Notes under the pieces: generated by a model
Database searches by the model: none
What the model was told of the DNA's origin: nothing
What the model saw: only the letters and a program-made list of their open reading frames with translations
Shown here: in pieces, positions 13,097-25,689 of the stretch
Layout: each line of letters begins with the position of its first letter
Position numbering within the stretch: position 1 is the stretch's first letter
Assembly (NCBI GenBank): GCA_051530055.1
Contig: CM121341.1
Coordinates: 3,631,761 to 3,695,760, forward strand
Direction: 5' to 3'
Length of the DNA: 64,000 nt
DNA from: Neoechinorhynchus agilis
Taxonomy: Eukaryota > Animalia > Acanthocephala
Position numbers and translations under genes: made by a program

Positions 13097-13626
13097 TTAT
13101 GCCTTTAACCAAAATTCTTTTAATTTTTTTACTTGCGGAACAAGCATCCTAATAGTGTTCAAATTTCCAAAAAGATTTTTTACCAAATAACTAAAAGCCG
13201 AGACCGTGGACATTTCCGATCTTAGAAATATTCGTCGTTCCAATGGCGGATTCCGTCCTAGTTGCGTGGAATAGTGCTCCAATTGTTTACAAAGCGAGCT
13301 CCGTGGATAAGCATAAGTTCGTCGATGCCTTATTGTATTTACAGCTACTTCCCAAGAAACTCCAGTGGCGGCGACAAGTCGCCCTCGAAATCCCCGAGAT
13401 GCAATGGACGAGAATTCTTAACGTTTTCAAAATATCGTAAGAAATTTTCGTTTGTAACCGCCACCTCGCGCACTAAAATCTGATAATGTTAAATTCCTTC
13501 AATTGGCCGTCTACTGGTCTTACATAAACTTAAAACTTCTCGTATTTGGTTAATATTGTTTCGATCAAGATTATTGTAGTGTACAGTTCTGGCAATACCT
13601 TATTCATACCGATGAAATCCGCCCAT
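13097..13626 (-). pseudogene. DUSP22/DUSP15-like dual-specificity phosphatase, frameshifted
   Basis: Across changing frames it reads MG..GMNKVLPELY / YNNLDRNNINQ..VLSLCKTSRRPIEGI*HYQI...ENFLRYFENV / RILVHCISGISRAT / LVAATGVSWEVAVNTIRHRRTYAYPRSSLCKQLEHY. This is colinear with DUSP22 (GMNKILPGLY...LVHCLAGVSRSVT...TDFGWEDALHTVRAGR...RQLQEF). The HCxxGxSR motif is at 13383-13406 and an in-frame TAA at 13489-13491. Confidence 0.75.
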
Positions 13627-14196
13627 CGAAAAGTATTCCCGAATTCTGCTGGCATCGCCGAACGATATGTGACCTATACAATTAACAAATAATAACTTCA
13701 TCGTTTCTATGGCGATTACTTGGAGCGTTCGTAAACTTTTCTTTGAAATCAAAAAAATTATCTTTGGTGATCTCAATTTTTCGTCCGTGTGTTCGGACTT
13801 CTTTTAAGGAAAGTTAAATAGCCGCTTTTTTCGCAGTTCGTTTGTACAACCTTAAAAGTCTGACGAGACGGACGAAAAGGTCTCTATTTTTCTCATAACC
13901 AAAGAACACATAAATGATTGCAGTGTCGCAAGTTGATAATGTTAATTCTCTTCGAGATGGTTCACTAGAAATAAAGTTACAAACATACAAAATATAAACT
14001 TTTAGTGAACATAATTCCCCGGTCATGACCTATTTGATTTATTTGAGATATTTCGAAGGAGGTAACCTCACCTCGTCAGTCATTGCTTGCAACTTTTTTC
14101 AAATAAAAAATTGGCGCATGTTCACAAAAAGTTTATATTGATTAACCCGAAGGATTTTCTCTATCAATGATACAAAATATCCTATAAAAGCGATAA

Positions 14197-15071
14197 AAGA
14201 AGGAATAGAGTATCTTTTTTGTTTCCATCATTAGGGAACTAAAGTCCATGGGTCGCTTATTCTCTTTGTTTCCATTATTCCCTGAACGTTGATTCTACTT
14301 TTAAAATCCAGCGGTGTCCTTTTTGGTTTTAACGACCAAAAACTCGGTCGGCGACGGCGATCCCCACCTTAGAAAAACGAAATGTGCCTGCGAGCAGTGC
14401 CATTCCGGTTCTTGGTACCATTAATTCGATGCTTAAACAAGTTCATATTTCAAAAAAGGGACAAAAGAAAGAATAGAGTATCTTTTTTGTTTCCATCATT
14501 AGGGAACTAAAGTCCATGGGTCGCTTATTCTCTTTGTTTCCATTATTCCCTGAACGTTGATTCTACTTTTAAAATCCAGCGGTGTCCTTTTTGGTTTTAA
14601 CGACCAAAAACTCAGTCGGCGACGGCGATCCCCACCTTAGAAAAACGAAATGTGCCTGCGAGCCGTGCCATTCCGGTTCTTGGTACCATTAATTCGATGC
14701 TTAAACAAGTTCATATTTCAAAAAAGGGACAAAAGAAAGAATAGAGTATCTTTTTTGTTTCCATCATTAGGGAACTAAAGTCCATGGGTCGCTTATTCTC
14801 TTTGTTTCCATTATTCCCTGAACGTTGATTCTACTTTTAAAATCCAGCGGTGTCCTTTTTGGTTTTAACGACCAAAAACTCAGTCGGCGACGGCGATCCC
14901 CACCTTAGAAAAACGAAATGTGCCTGCGAGCCGTGCCATTCCGGTTCTTGGTACCATTAATTCGATGCTTAAACAAGTTCATATTTCAAAAAAGGGACAA
15001 AAGAAAGAATAGAGTATCTTTTTTGTTTCCATCATTAGGGAACTAAAGTCCATGGGTCGCTTATTCTCTTT
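14197..15071. repeat. Satellite B: ~3.2 near-identical copies of a 268-bp unit
   Basis: ATAGAGTATC recurs at 14205, 14473, 14741 and 15009 (period 268). Confidence 0.98.
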
Positions 15072-15245
15072 AAAAATAAGCAGGATGGGAAGGATTCACT
15101 GTGAAATCAGCATGATTGTCTTTTAAGGTAAGCAATCAGAAGTATATAATCTTTAGGAAAATTTCGGAGTCTTATTTTTGAGAAATCTGATTACAACTTC
15201 TATACATCACTTACATTAAACCAAGAAAATCCAGAATATTTTTAA

Positions 15246-16013
15246 ATGAAGCTTACTTTTATCATTGTACTCTCAATGGTAATCGGATCAAAATCGATTC
15301 CAATCACTAACTTAAAGAGCACCAAAAGAAATGACGCCAATATCGTTTTAAACAATAAATCAATATATAAAATTTCAGATCCAACGAATGAATGGATTGC
15401 AGAAAACGAAACAACGTTTGTAAATAAGGATTTTGTCGACAACTGGAATCAGGTGGCGCTTACTACGGATTCAAATCAAATTGATACATCGATTGATTCG
15501 TCGAACTCTCAATGGTCTAAGGGCAACATTTCATTTACAGATTTAACGCTTTTATTTCCGGACGAATTTAGTCCTGGAACTAATTATTCAGACTACAAAT
15601 TATCCTTTGTTGATTTAACGGGTTTTAATGATGCTGATCTTTCCAATTATATTATCATAAATTCTGCAACGAAGGACGACGACGAACAAGAGCCTGATCA
15701 AATTAAATTCGATCAAACTGAAATGTTTAAAGAGTTTTTAAATTTTACAGACACTGATGGAAATGTTTATTTTGTGGATTTGGAAAACATCAATGAGACA
15801 GATAATTCGTTAAAGCAATTTTCAACTAAATCAAATGGCACGAGTTCGATAGATGAAAAATCAATCTACTATTTTCTAGTTTCCATTATTGCAATGGTTG
15901 GAGTCATTTTACTGTTTTCACTTTGCAGTTCAATCATGATTGTCTTGTCTGCTTGTGTATGGTGGCGGATTATTTCGAGACAGAAAGTGCCACCGTCGAA
16001 AATATCTCGATGA
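15246..16013 (+). CDS. Intronless single-pass (type I) membrane glycoprotein, 255 aa, unknown family
   Basis: Signal-peptide-like N-terminus (MKLTFIIVLSMVIGS), an Asn/Ser/Thr/Asp-rich ectodomain with several NxS/T sequons, a long hydrophobic segment (YFLVSIIAMVGVILLFSLCSSIMIVLSACVWW) and a short basic tail. AATAAA follows the stop almost immediately. Confidence 0.8.
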   Translation: MKLTFIIVLSMVIGSKSIPITNLKSTKRNDANIVLNNKSIYKISDPTNEWIAENETTFVNKDFVDNWNQVALTTDSNQIDTSIDSSNSQWSKGNISFTDLTLLFPDEFSPGTNYSDYKLSFVDLTGFNDADLSNYIIINSATKDDDEQEPDQIKFDQTEMFKEFLNFTDTDGNVYFVDLENINETDNSLKQFSTKSNGTSSIDEKSIYYFLVSIIAMVGVILLFSLCSSIMIVLSACVWWRIISRQKVPPSKISR

Positions 16014-17559
16014 AATAAAAATTTAAAATTTTTTAAATTAGCGATTTAAGCAAAACAACTAATTTTTACGCTTTATAATGAATGCAACGTGTATTTAAGA
16101 AATCGAAAGCAAAAACAAACATCTATAGCTTTATTTTTCAATTTTTTTATTATTAATTCTACTCTTAACTTCTCGTAGAGATCAAATTATGTTTTTAATT
16201 GTTGCGCTCTAGATTCCATTTTCAATGATGGATAATGGTGTTCTTTTTAATAACAGCAAATGGGAATAAAAACACGACGCCTAGCCTCTACTTTAATTGT
16301 TTAATACTAAAGTCTTTTAGTCGCCGCTGAGATTTCTATTTTAACTTAAATCGATCATAATGATGAAAATACAAGATCACGGATTAACGAAGCAGCAAAC
16401 AGAACCGAACAATCCATGTCAGTTTTGCGATATGATGTGCTAAAAAGGAGTCTACAGGAATCAATTATGAACGCCGATCATCGATAGTCAATTAGAGATT
16501 TCTGCATGGAAATGTTTATCAGATGAAACAGTGGATCTCATCCGGAGAGAAAGTCCAAAGAGATTCGCTGCTAAATAGGATACTTGAACGATGTCGGCTA
16601 CATGATTAAATTTGCGAAATGACGGATATAAATGATCAAGATCCGAATTTTGGGGAGCAGAAGACGTCAAAATATTATCTACTCGAATTTTAGGTGTATT
16701 CGAGGCAAGGAAAGGATTGTTCGCTCGATTTTTAAAGAAATTAAAAGGTAGATTAAATATAAACATATCTTTAAGAAGCACATTGGCTTAACTTGTCATG
16801 GATTATCGCTTATCAATATGCAAGAATTGAACACGGATATTCTTTGGATATACACTGGAACTGGTTTTTTGGCAAATTTCGTTTTTACGTTTAACCGTTT
16901 ATTTGGTGGAAATCGCAATTTTTAAAAGAAAATAAATTACGAATACACTTTGTTAAATTTCAGAAATCTTCGCTTTCTTAGATTTCTGTCCTCTCTTTCT
17001 TTTAATTAAAGTCAATTTTAAAGTATTTTATTTCTTACAAGGGTTACATGTCCTAGTTTTTAAAATTTATGCATTAAAGAATGGGAAGCGGGGCCGAAAT
17101 GTTTAATTTTCTTATTATTAATCGCCCAGAGCATTAATATCGAACCGAAAAGATGAGTTCCAAATTAAAATAGGTTTTTCTGCATTAAAAATTAAAGGTA
17201 GTTTAGTGATGAATTTTAAGTTATTTAGCATACTGAAAAATAGATAAAAAGCAATTTTTGGGAATGGTTTTTAAATGTGCATTTTGAAATTATTAATGGA
17301 ACGGGTTCAGTAGCACAATTAAAAATGAGATCGCTTGGTTATGGGGTAGAACTTTTAATTACCGGAAAATAACTCGCCAAACCTGGATCGTCAAAAGTAA
17401 AATTAGCTTTCGACTTTAATCTTCAAAGAAGAATTTTACGTGCCTCGGTCGTAAGTTCCGCTTTGCTCATCTTCGGAGTCTTTTAGTGTGACAAAAGTTT
17501 CCGAAGCCTCACTTTTAAGTTATTTAAAGTTTTGATGATTAATTAGAATCAAAGATGAA

Positions 17560-20500
17560 GAGAGATAAAATCATAACCATATTCAAAAATTGTGATTATA
17601 TTCTAGTCCATTTGCCCCATCCTAAACAAATATAATCATCATGTCTCAGAAAAGGATAAATCTCTTCTCGAATTGGTATTTTACCTCTGAACAATGATAA
17701 TCAATTCAAATAGTTTACTTCGCTTGTATACAACTTTCCATCGCCGTCTAAATGTAAAGATTAAATATAGATGATACCTTCAAGCTGCCTGTACTTACCG
17801 AGGATGTATGCAAGTGCAGGCGAGCTAAGCATTCCTCGTCCACCAGCCGAGTATCCCCTGACTCGAATTGAACAAATCTCAGATGGTATCAATTCAATTT
17901 CCACCTCTTGTTCCGAACTTGTAACAAGTCTATTGGATTCCGTGAAGGTTTGGCATTTAGTTACAACCTTTATATGCTTTGGCGGTGGACGGGATAATTA
18001 AATCTCCAAATACTACCTCATAACCTAGGATCGGTTCTTCATGCTGACTTGTCGAAATAGCTGTCCAACCAATTAAAGCAGAGCTTTCGGTCTGGCGTTT
18101 AATACGAACAAAGGTAGGCGGCACAAGAGGTGGACTCCGAAGGGTTCGCACTTCGAAGAAATCGCTTTCTGGGCCTTCGTTAAATTTATTAAATGATCTT
18201 AGTCGTATCCGATAGTCTATGGGTTTTTAGTATTTATTTCGCTATCCGAGGTTAAATGCAAACTAACGAGTATCAGGGTTTAAACCAACAACTAAACTCG
18301 AATAGTAATAATCACGTTCAGTCACATTCCATTCGCGAATCCATTGAGAAAATCTCATCGTTTTATATTTGTAAAACAAAGGACGACTATTGCCGACCTC
18401 CCATACAGCAATCTAGATACAAAGTATCAAAAACCAGTCGCCAAACACATTAATGTATTATTACTATGAAACCAGTGATGGATTTGAGCTCAATTGAACA
18501 TTGATTATAGTTCCAATAAATAACAACAGCTGATCCATTGTGTGCTTCCACTTTGATATCGCGTATTCGTTCGATTTCATCGTGAATTTGACACGAGTCT
18601 AAAATTTTAATGAGTAATTTTCTATTGAGCGAATCGAGCGGCATCCCACAATTTCCTTCTTTAATTGATATCTCTTGTGTACTTGGACCCACACCAATCG
18701 ATGATATAGCATACATTCGCCCATGAAACGATTTAAATGTTTCATTGAATTTTATAATCGCCCTCACTCGATCACTGGTTTGAGACCAATACCAACGATT
18801 AATCTAAATTATTAGAGTAATTATTCCAATATTGATATTCTATCATAAAAGTTATGATATAATTTTAGAAACACCCAACCTTTTCCGCTTTCCACTGCAT
18901 TCCGTCTAAAGTATATTCAAATCCATATTTGCGTTCAATCAATGAACTATCACCCCAACTGTGTTCACTGATCGGTACCCATTCGAGTACAATAATGGAT
19001 TTTTCCTGGTGACCGTATTTAACGAATTCTGCATTGAAATCGGAGGGTGCCATAAATGGGACTGTCTTTTTAGTCTTACAAACAACACTCGATCGCCCGC
19101 CTTCCCCAAGTCGATTCGTTGCGAAAAGCTCAAATGTAAACAAAATGTCAGCAGTCAAATTCAAGAGAGTACACTTGTTAATATCTTTGAAATAACCACA
19201 TTTTATAATTGGATGCTTAAATAGAGAACTGCCTAAAAGCATCTAATAATACGCTATGATTTTCTGATTCATTTAGTCGAATCGTTTTCCATTGTGCATT
19301 TGATTTTATAACTTAAGTAATTGACATTATTGTTTTAAAAAATATTTGTTTACCATTTATCTGAAAAGCATTCACATTTAATCCATTACTGGATCCATTT
19401 ATCCATGATAAGGTTACTTGATTCGACTCGCTTGCATTGCAAGTAAGGTTTCTCGGCATCGCAGGAACATCTAAAGTAATCGAAAGGATGAAAATAGAGG
19501 CAATGACGAGAGATGGATAATCCTCTTCTCCGAGAATTTAAACCCTTATCGCTGATTATTCTAATTGACTGTGTAAACGCCTTGTCAGAAATAACTTAAA
19601 AATTTACTATTTTGGTCAGTGTTTTTGAAATTCGCATGTGAAGTTGTTAGATGAAATCTCAAGCTAAATAATACAAGCGATCTCAACTCAGATGAGAATG
19701 TGTTTTTTCCAGGTCAATTTTATTTCAAAAATTAAAGTTTGCACCCCAAATAACTTTATTAGCTCTCAATACTTTATCAATTTATTTACGAGGCGACGTT
19801 ACATCGTGAAATATTTCAAATAAAGAAAATTTGTTTTATCTGGAGATCATACTCACCACAATTCTAGTTTGCATCGATGACTGAGGAAAAAGTTATTTAA
19901 TTTTACATCAAGAAAAACCCAATGGAATTTTTAATCGCAATCGCTTAGAAAAAATAACGGAATGGAGAATGCTTACCGACGACTTTAATAAATTTTGTCG
20001 CTTCCTTCATTTTAGCTCTACCAGTGCCATCCATGTACCAAACTTGACATTTGTATTCACCAGATTTAGAGATTTCTATAAGTTCTATACTTATTCGATT
20101 GCTCTTTTCGTATTCTTCGTTCTTAATTTCGTTGTTTTCAAAAAACCAATAGAATTTAAATGCAACTAAGTCGCGCATCCTAAAGTTGAACTGTTCATTC
20201 TTGAATTTTATAGAACAATCTAAATGAAGTCCTTCTTTAACCGCAACGACATCGTCTCCATTTAAAACTATAAGTTCAATTGAATCAATTGAGTCTTAAT
20301 TTTTGTAAATAGAAACATTTTTTTTGAAATGAAAAAGATTACCTTCGACAATAGCTAACCGCTTTTCTAATTTTGCATTATCAGCATTGCGCACCAGTGG
20401 TTTGCAAATGTAGCTCGAAATATCCTCCGTTACTTGAAAAGATACCTTTGGAAAACCCGGATTTAAGCCGCAACAAACAATATCTTTGATTTGATCACTG

Positions 20501-22906
20501 ATTTGACCGGAGTTTCCAGAGACAAGTAAAATGCTCTCAACATCGTTTACACATCCACATACGCCCGTTCGCGGCTCAGAACCTAAATATTTTTCAAAAA
20601 AAAAGAGAATGTTGTACATTCAAAGTACGGTTTAGAACTCGAACAACGGTTGTGAGCGATGTTGAAAAGCTTTCGCTTTGACCAATGAAACACTGGTATA
20701 TACCATTGTCCGTTGATTCAAGAGACCTCAAATTTAGATTTGATGTTTGAGAACCTGTAATTTTTAAAGAATCATCAAATCTATTTAAAACGAGAATTTA
20801 AAAGCACAATTTGGAATTTCGACCTTGACTTACATCTTCGATGCATTTACATACCACTGAAAGTGCCATACTTCATCTAGCTCATATCGTTCAATTGGTA
20901 CTTTTATTTCTGCATCCTCGCCCAAAAGCAAATCTAATCTTGTCTTAAACTCGCCAGCAATCTGAGGCGGATCTTTAAGTACCGATTTAAGAATTGTGAT
21001 TTCTTAAAAAATAAAACTAACGATAGACGTCGATTTGAACCGTTTCTTCTCTTAATCCAAGCTTATTTTCAGCAACACACGCATATATACCGGAGTGTCG
21101 TTTATGGATTTGCTTAATGGTTAATCGACGACCATAACTTGAGATCACAGAATCGATTGGTACATCATTATATTTCTCAAGGTCTTCGTGATAATCCAGG
21201 CGATACCACCTTAATTTCTTGCTTTGGATAAGTTCAATTTTAAAACAATGACTTACGAGTGGGTCGGATAAGGCATTCCACCGGTGGCACATTCAATCGC
21301 AACGTCCATTCCTGCCATAATCATCCCATTGTGACTTTTTTTCGAAAACACTTTAGGAAATCCGTTCCACAAATTAGGATACCGTTCGCCGGATACTTGC
21401 TAAAATGGGATAAGAACCTAAAAATTCATGAACACTAACCCCGCTTTTTATAAAATTAAATTTAATGCCCACAAGTGAAGAGAGTTCATTATCGGTCCTG
21501 TGAGTTTTAATTGCACAAAAATATCTTCCAAAATCGCCAGGTAGAACGGGCGAGAAATAAAGTTGTCCGTCCAGTGAAGCGAATCTAGTTGCACTGTCAA
21601 TTACAGGATCATCAAACGAGCTTCTGAACCATGTAAAACTGATCTAAAATTTGTAGATTTAAATACGTCGAAATCAAACTTTATTAGTCAATAAGTCTTT
21701 AACGACGAAAAAACGTTTCGATTGCGTGATCCCAAAATGATTTCCATCTAAATTAATAATTTCACTCCACTAATAAGTATCCAAACATTTTAGAAAATCC
21801 ATATAAATAATGTAAATAACCTTTATGAGATCGGAATGTTCAATAGAATGTCTGTAAGTGTGAAGACAATCGAGACTTGTATCATCGTAGAGATCTGCAA
21901 AAACATCCACTGACTCTACATACGATTTCTCAAATGAAACTCTTCCTATTTTTGAACTTTAAAATCGAATTTCGTTCTAGATTCCAAACCGTTTAGTTCA
22001 TTAGAGTTAGAATAGTTTTCGGTACGAACAAGTCCTTCGGTAGATGAACCAACGCAATAATAATTGTCTCTTGTGGTGTTTATCCATCTATGCTGATAAA
22101 GATCGATATCGCAATAATTGTGATATTGTCAAACCTCGTATCGGTATAGGTGAGCCAATCAGGCAAATCACATTTATTTTTAGATTTCACAAAAGTAGAA
22201 ATGGGTTTATTGTCGATCGGTGCTGTTTTTTTGAAAATTACTTTACAAACTTGACTAATATTTTGCCCTTCGTGATCACCAGCTTCAATGATCTTCCAAT
22301 CGAAGCCTAAAAATGGGAGAGATGTAGTATTTGAGATCACAAAATGGTCATTATTATTAATAAAGCTCATAATGCAACCTTTTAATCTAAGTGACTTGTT
22401 TTAATCGCTAGACAATATCAGAATAAATTTATTTAGTAGCATGAGAATGATAACGAGGTACTTATTCGTTTCTCACAATTTTAATGCTTTTGTAAGGATT
22501 AGAAATGGAAAAATTCAACTTACCGTTAAAAAAATACAAATATTTCACTTGTGCACGAACAAAATCTGGGAACACTTTGTGAAGATAGCCCAAGATCCAC
22601 GTCCGAGAATTAAGGTCAAAATCCCTGATTAGATTAGTGACGAATACAAGTTCACTGAAGGTATCGATTTCAAAAAGTCCGCTTGTAACCCTGGTCCATC
22701 CTTTCACAAATCCGCAATCCTATTAATGGACGAGTACAACAACAAAAAATTCGTTCGAAACAAACAATTTGTACCTGAGCAACTTGATTGCAGGTAGAAA
22801 ATTCAATATAATTATTCAGTATATAACAATGAGCAGTTCTTTTATCGGGATGATAAACATTAAGAGCCATACAAAGCGACAAAAGTTCAAAAATGAGAAT
22901 TCTCAT
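17560..22906 (-). CDS. Cont: Invertebrate-type contactin (signal peptide + C-type-lectin-like domain + Ig domains + FN3 repeats), many short introns
   Basis: Signal peptide at 22906 (MRILIFELLSLCMA), then a CTLD-like exon (CY...LFEIDTFSELVFVTNLI...TWILG). Ig exons include RFASLDGQLYFSPVLPGDFGRYFC, SSYGRRLTIKQIHKRHSGIYACVAEN and GEYKC. FN3 exons include PAMPRNLTC...VTLSW, FELFATNRLGEG, RTLRSPPLVPPT...EEPILGYE and IRVRGYSAGGRGMLSSP. This domain order is that of Drosophila Contactin / C. elegans RIG-6. The 3' end (GPI signal) is approximate. Confidence 0.8.
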
Positions 22907-23027
22907 TTTAGTGTGTACGATTCATGTTTTTCATGCAGTTTTGTTAAACCTTGTCGTGGAAACATTGCGCAATGGAGAATTCAACGGCACATTCGAGAAC
23001 AGGAAAGCAAAATTTATCAAAAGATCT

Positions 23028-24035
23028 CTAGGATTTTCCATGGCGTCTCACATGTAGATTCAAATGGTCGCTTCTCGCAAAAGCCTTTTCGCACACATTG
23101 CATCGAAAAGGTTTATCACCCGTATGAGTTCTAAAATGCCTAGTAAGTTCATCTGACCTAGCGAATCTCCATGGACAAGACGGCCATCGACAAGCGTAAG
23201 GTTTTTCCCCGGTATGCGTTCTCATATGAGCTTTCAAGTGAGAGCTTTTTCCGTATTGTTTGGTACAACCTTTACTCGGACACCTATAGTTACCCATCTT
23301 TTTATCCACGACACTTTGTCGTCTCTTCTTTTGAGATTTGTTGGTAACTTGTTTAACCTTCGATCCCGATCGTTTTTTCTTACTTTTTAACGAGCACTCT
23401 AACGTTTGATCGAAATGTATTGGTTCTTGGTGCTCATTAACGTTTCCAATGTAGTTTTGCTCTAACGATAAAATGTTTGTGCTGTTAAAATGATCATGCC
23501 CATTTGTTGAAGGCATCAAAGGTACTGAGTAAATGTATTGATTATTGCTTGATCCATTATATAGTGCAGCAGGATTCCATGCCTGATCAAATGAAGGAAT
23601 AAACACTTGAGACTCGTTATTTATCTTACAGTCTCCTTGAGCGCAAGAGTTGTAATGGAAAAATGAGTTGTAACTCGACTGTTCTTGTTGAGGTAGCAAT
23701 GACGATTGAACGTGACTAACAAACCCATCACTATCAGGAATCAATGGAGATAAATAATTAGCCAATCCAAAGTACTCAAATGTCTCTGATTGGCTTTGGG
23801 GTTCGGTCTGCTGGAAACCGTATCCAGGCGGTGCGTCCACTTTGTTCCGATTATTCACTAGTGGCTGACTGAAACCGCCGTCATTCGACACAATCACGCA
23901 TGAACATTGGTATCGAATGTTTAATGAACACTTGTTGCTATTTTCCGATTTGCAATCAGCTATATATTGATCAATCGGTGAGCTTAAAGATTTTGGAATA
24001 AGTTCGGAGTCCTCGTATGCACTTGTGTTAGCCAT
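23028..24035 (-). CDS. Kruppel-like factor (three C-terminal C2H2 fingers), intronless, 335 aa
   Basis: C-terminus [81 protein letters not shown]. There is no Btd box (CxCPxC) before finger 1, so KLF rather than Sp; the subfamily is not resolved. Confidence 0.97.
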   Translation of the reverse strand: MANTSAYEDSELIPKSLSSPIDQYIADCKSENSNKCSLNIRYQCSCVIVSNDGGFSQPLVNNRNKVDAPPGYGFQQTEPQSQSETFEYFGLANYLSPLIPDSDGFVSHVQSSLLPQQEQSSYNSFFHYNSCAQGDCKINNESQVFIPSFDQAWNPAALYNGSSNNQYIYSVPLMPSTNGHDHFNSTNILSLEQNYIGNVNEHQEPIHFDQTLECSLKSKKKRSGSKVKQVTNKSQKKRRQSVVDKKMGNYRCPSKGCTKQYGKSSHLKAHMRTHTGEKPYACRWPSCPWRFARSDELTRHFRTHTGDKPFRCNVCEKAFARSDHLNLHVRRHGKS

Positions 24036-25193
24036 TTGGTTGACTTTTTAAAGTTGAAAATTCTAGAAACAATGACACACACAAAAAAAAGTGATGAGTA
24101 TTTTCTTCAAAGTCTGAGACTTACACTAATCGTTGTTACTTGTTGAACATTACGTATAGCTCAAGCTTTTACCTGGGCTTTATCATCTTTTTTACATTAT
24201 TTAAGGTATATAGAGAAAGAGTTTTGTTTAAACTCAGATTGAGACATCGTAAATTCAACATTTCAAAATATTTAGATGATCTTGATCGAATCATGTGAGC
24301 TATTCCCATATTCAAAAAATCCGTTCCTTGTCAACTAAGCTTATTAATGAAAGAAGAAAAAATTCGCTACTGAACTTTCTCGAAGTTCCGAGTAAATCAA
24401 TCTTAAATAATAAGAATTTTGATTTAACGTATTTGGAATTCATTTAATTTGTGAAAGAAAACGTATTAAGTGGCTTTTATCTAAGCAAACAACCATGGAT
24501 TAATATGCAGCTTGACGTACAATTATCACAAATGAAAATAATTTCTATTGAAAAATGTAGACAAAAAACAACTCTAGATTTAAAATATTAGCACAGTTCA
24601 CTTCTTTTAGGTGTCAAAACAAATGATAAATGAAAAAGCAAAATTGATTTTTGAAAAATAATGGTCATTTTTTTGTGTATTTCAAATCAGAGTTTAAGAA
24701 ACAAGAATCTATTTATACATAAAGCAAAAGAGCGAATTGAATCATCTCCATATCGAAATACAAAGTGACACTTAACATTTTAATATTTAAGACTCATTTG
24801 TCTGTCAAGTCAACACAATCCTGAAAAATGTAACAAGAATCCTTAGAGAATGAAAGCATTTCGGGACTTTTACATCCAATCGAAACCGGCTAAAATAAGA
24901 TGCACAAATGGAACTCTCACTCGATAAATGTTTAAACTTAAAATGTTTTAACGATAATTCAAATTTAAGTAGCACTTATGCAATCAGATTTTATGATCGT
25001 GACTCTTGTTGGAACCTTTGAAAGATGCTCTTGCATTTCATTTAAATTAGAAAAGGTCAAATAAGGTTTAAGCGACAAATGAGGTGTCAGGAATAAAGAT
25101 TCTGTTACTGTTCAATCTATCATCGATCTGTGACCGTTACCATGGTTTTAATGATTTTACAACCTATCGTAGGCTAAAAATGGAGTGGATCAA

Positions 25194-25689
25194 ATGTTTC
25201 GTAAACACCCAAATTTAGAGGACGTTTATATAGACGAATTTATAGGAAAAGAAGATGTAGACTTTTCAAAATCTTTTCCCATTTTAAATGCCGTAAAATC
25301 CTTAGAGCTATTGGAACGATGGTCAAATTTGTATGTTCATTCTTCAATTTAAACTACTTTGAAAGCGTATTTTTCGAAAAGATTAAAGGCTAAATACTCT
25401 TCATCGTTCAAAAATTGGAGAGATCATAACACAAAAACTACTAATAATTTTCGATTGTTGACGTGGAGGTATCTTTAAAAATTGCACGTTATTTTAACTA
25501 ACTAAAAATAGGCAAGCTGAAGATAATTTTCAAATCGCTTTTAATTCGTTGGCAAAAGAAGTAAAACGCAAAACAAATTTCGTCGATAGCGAAATTAGTC
25601 GCCAATTAAATTCGAATAAAAATAAAGTAACGGAGGTACTTCGAGTCACTAATGAAACTTTAAACGAGATAATAAAACCAATTCTGTAA
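25194..25689 (+). CDS. Orphan three-exon gene (~133 aa) absent from the ORF track
   Basis: Exons 25194-25330, 25382-25468 and 25512-25689 are joined by 51-nt and 43-nt GT-AG introns, both phase 2. The spliced frame is open throughout (MFRKHPNLEDVYIDEFIGKEDVDFSKSF...EIIKPIL*). An upstream exon is possible (TAG acceptor at 25172). Confidence 0.7.

Noticed and set aside
13243-13440. Plus-strand ORF MADSVLVAW...
   Set aside because: It is the antisense shadow of the DUSP-like sequence on the minus strand.
12600-13626. Stop-codon reassignment to explain in-frame TAA/TGA in the decayed regions
   Set aside because: Long conserved ORFs (ABCB, KLF, Nup160, Par-3) contain no internal stops and end at TAA, TAG or TGA. 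Stops occur only together with frameshifts.
13700-14026. Possible small spliced gene on the minus strand upstream of the DUSP-like sequence
   Set aside because: I could not find a phase-consistent exon chain or any recognisable motif.
16330-16800. Short open frames on both strands between the membrane-protein gene and contactin
   Set aside because: No consistent splice model or motif, so the feature is unsupported.
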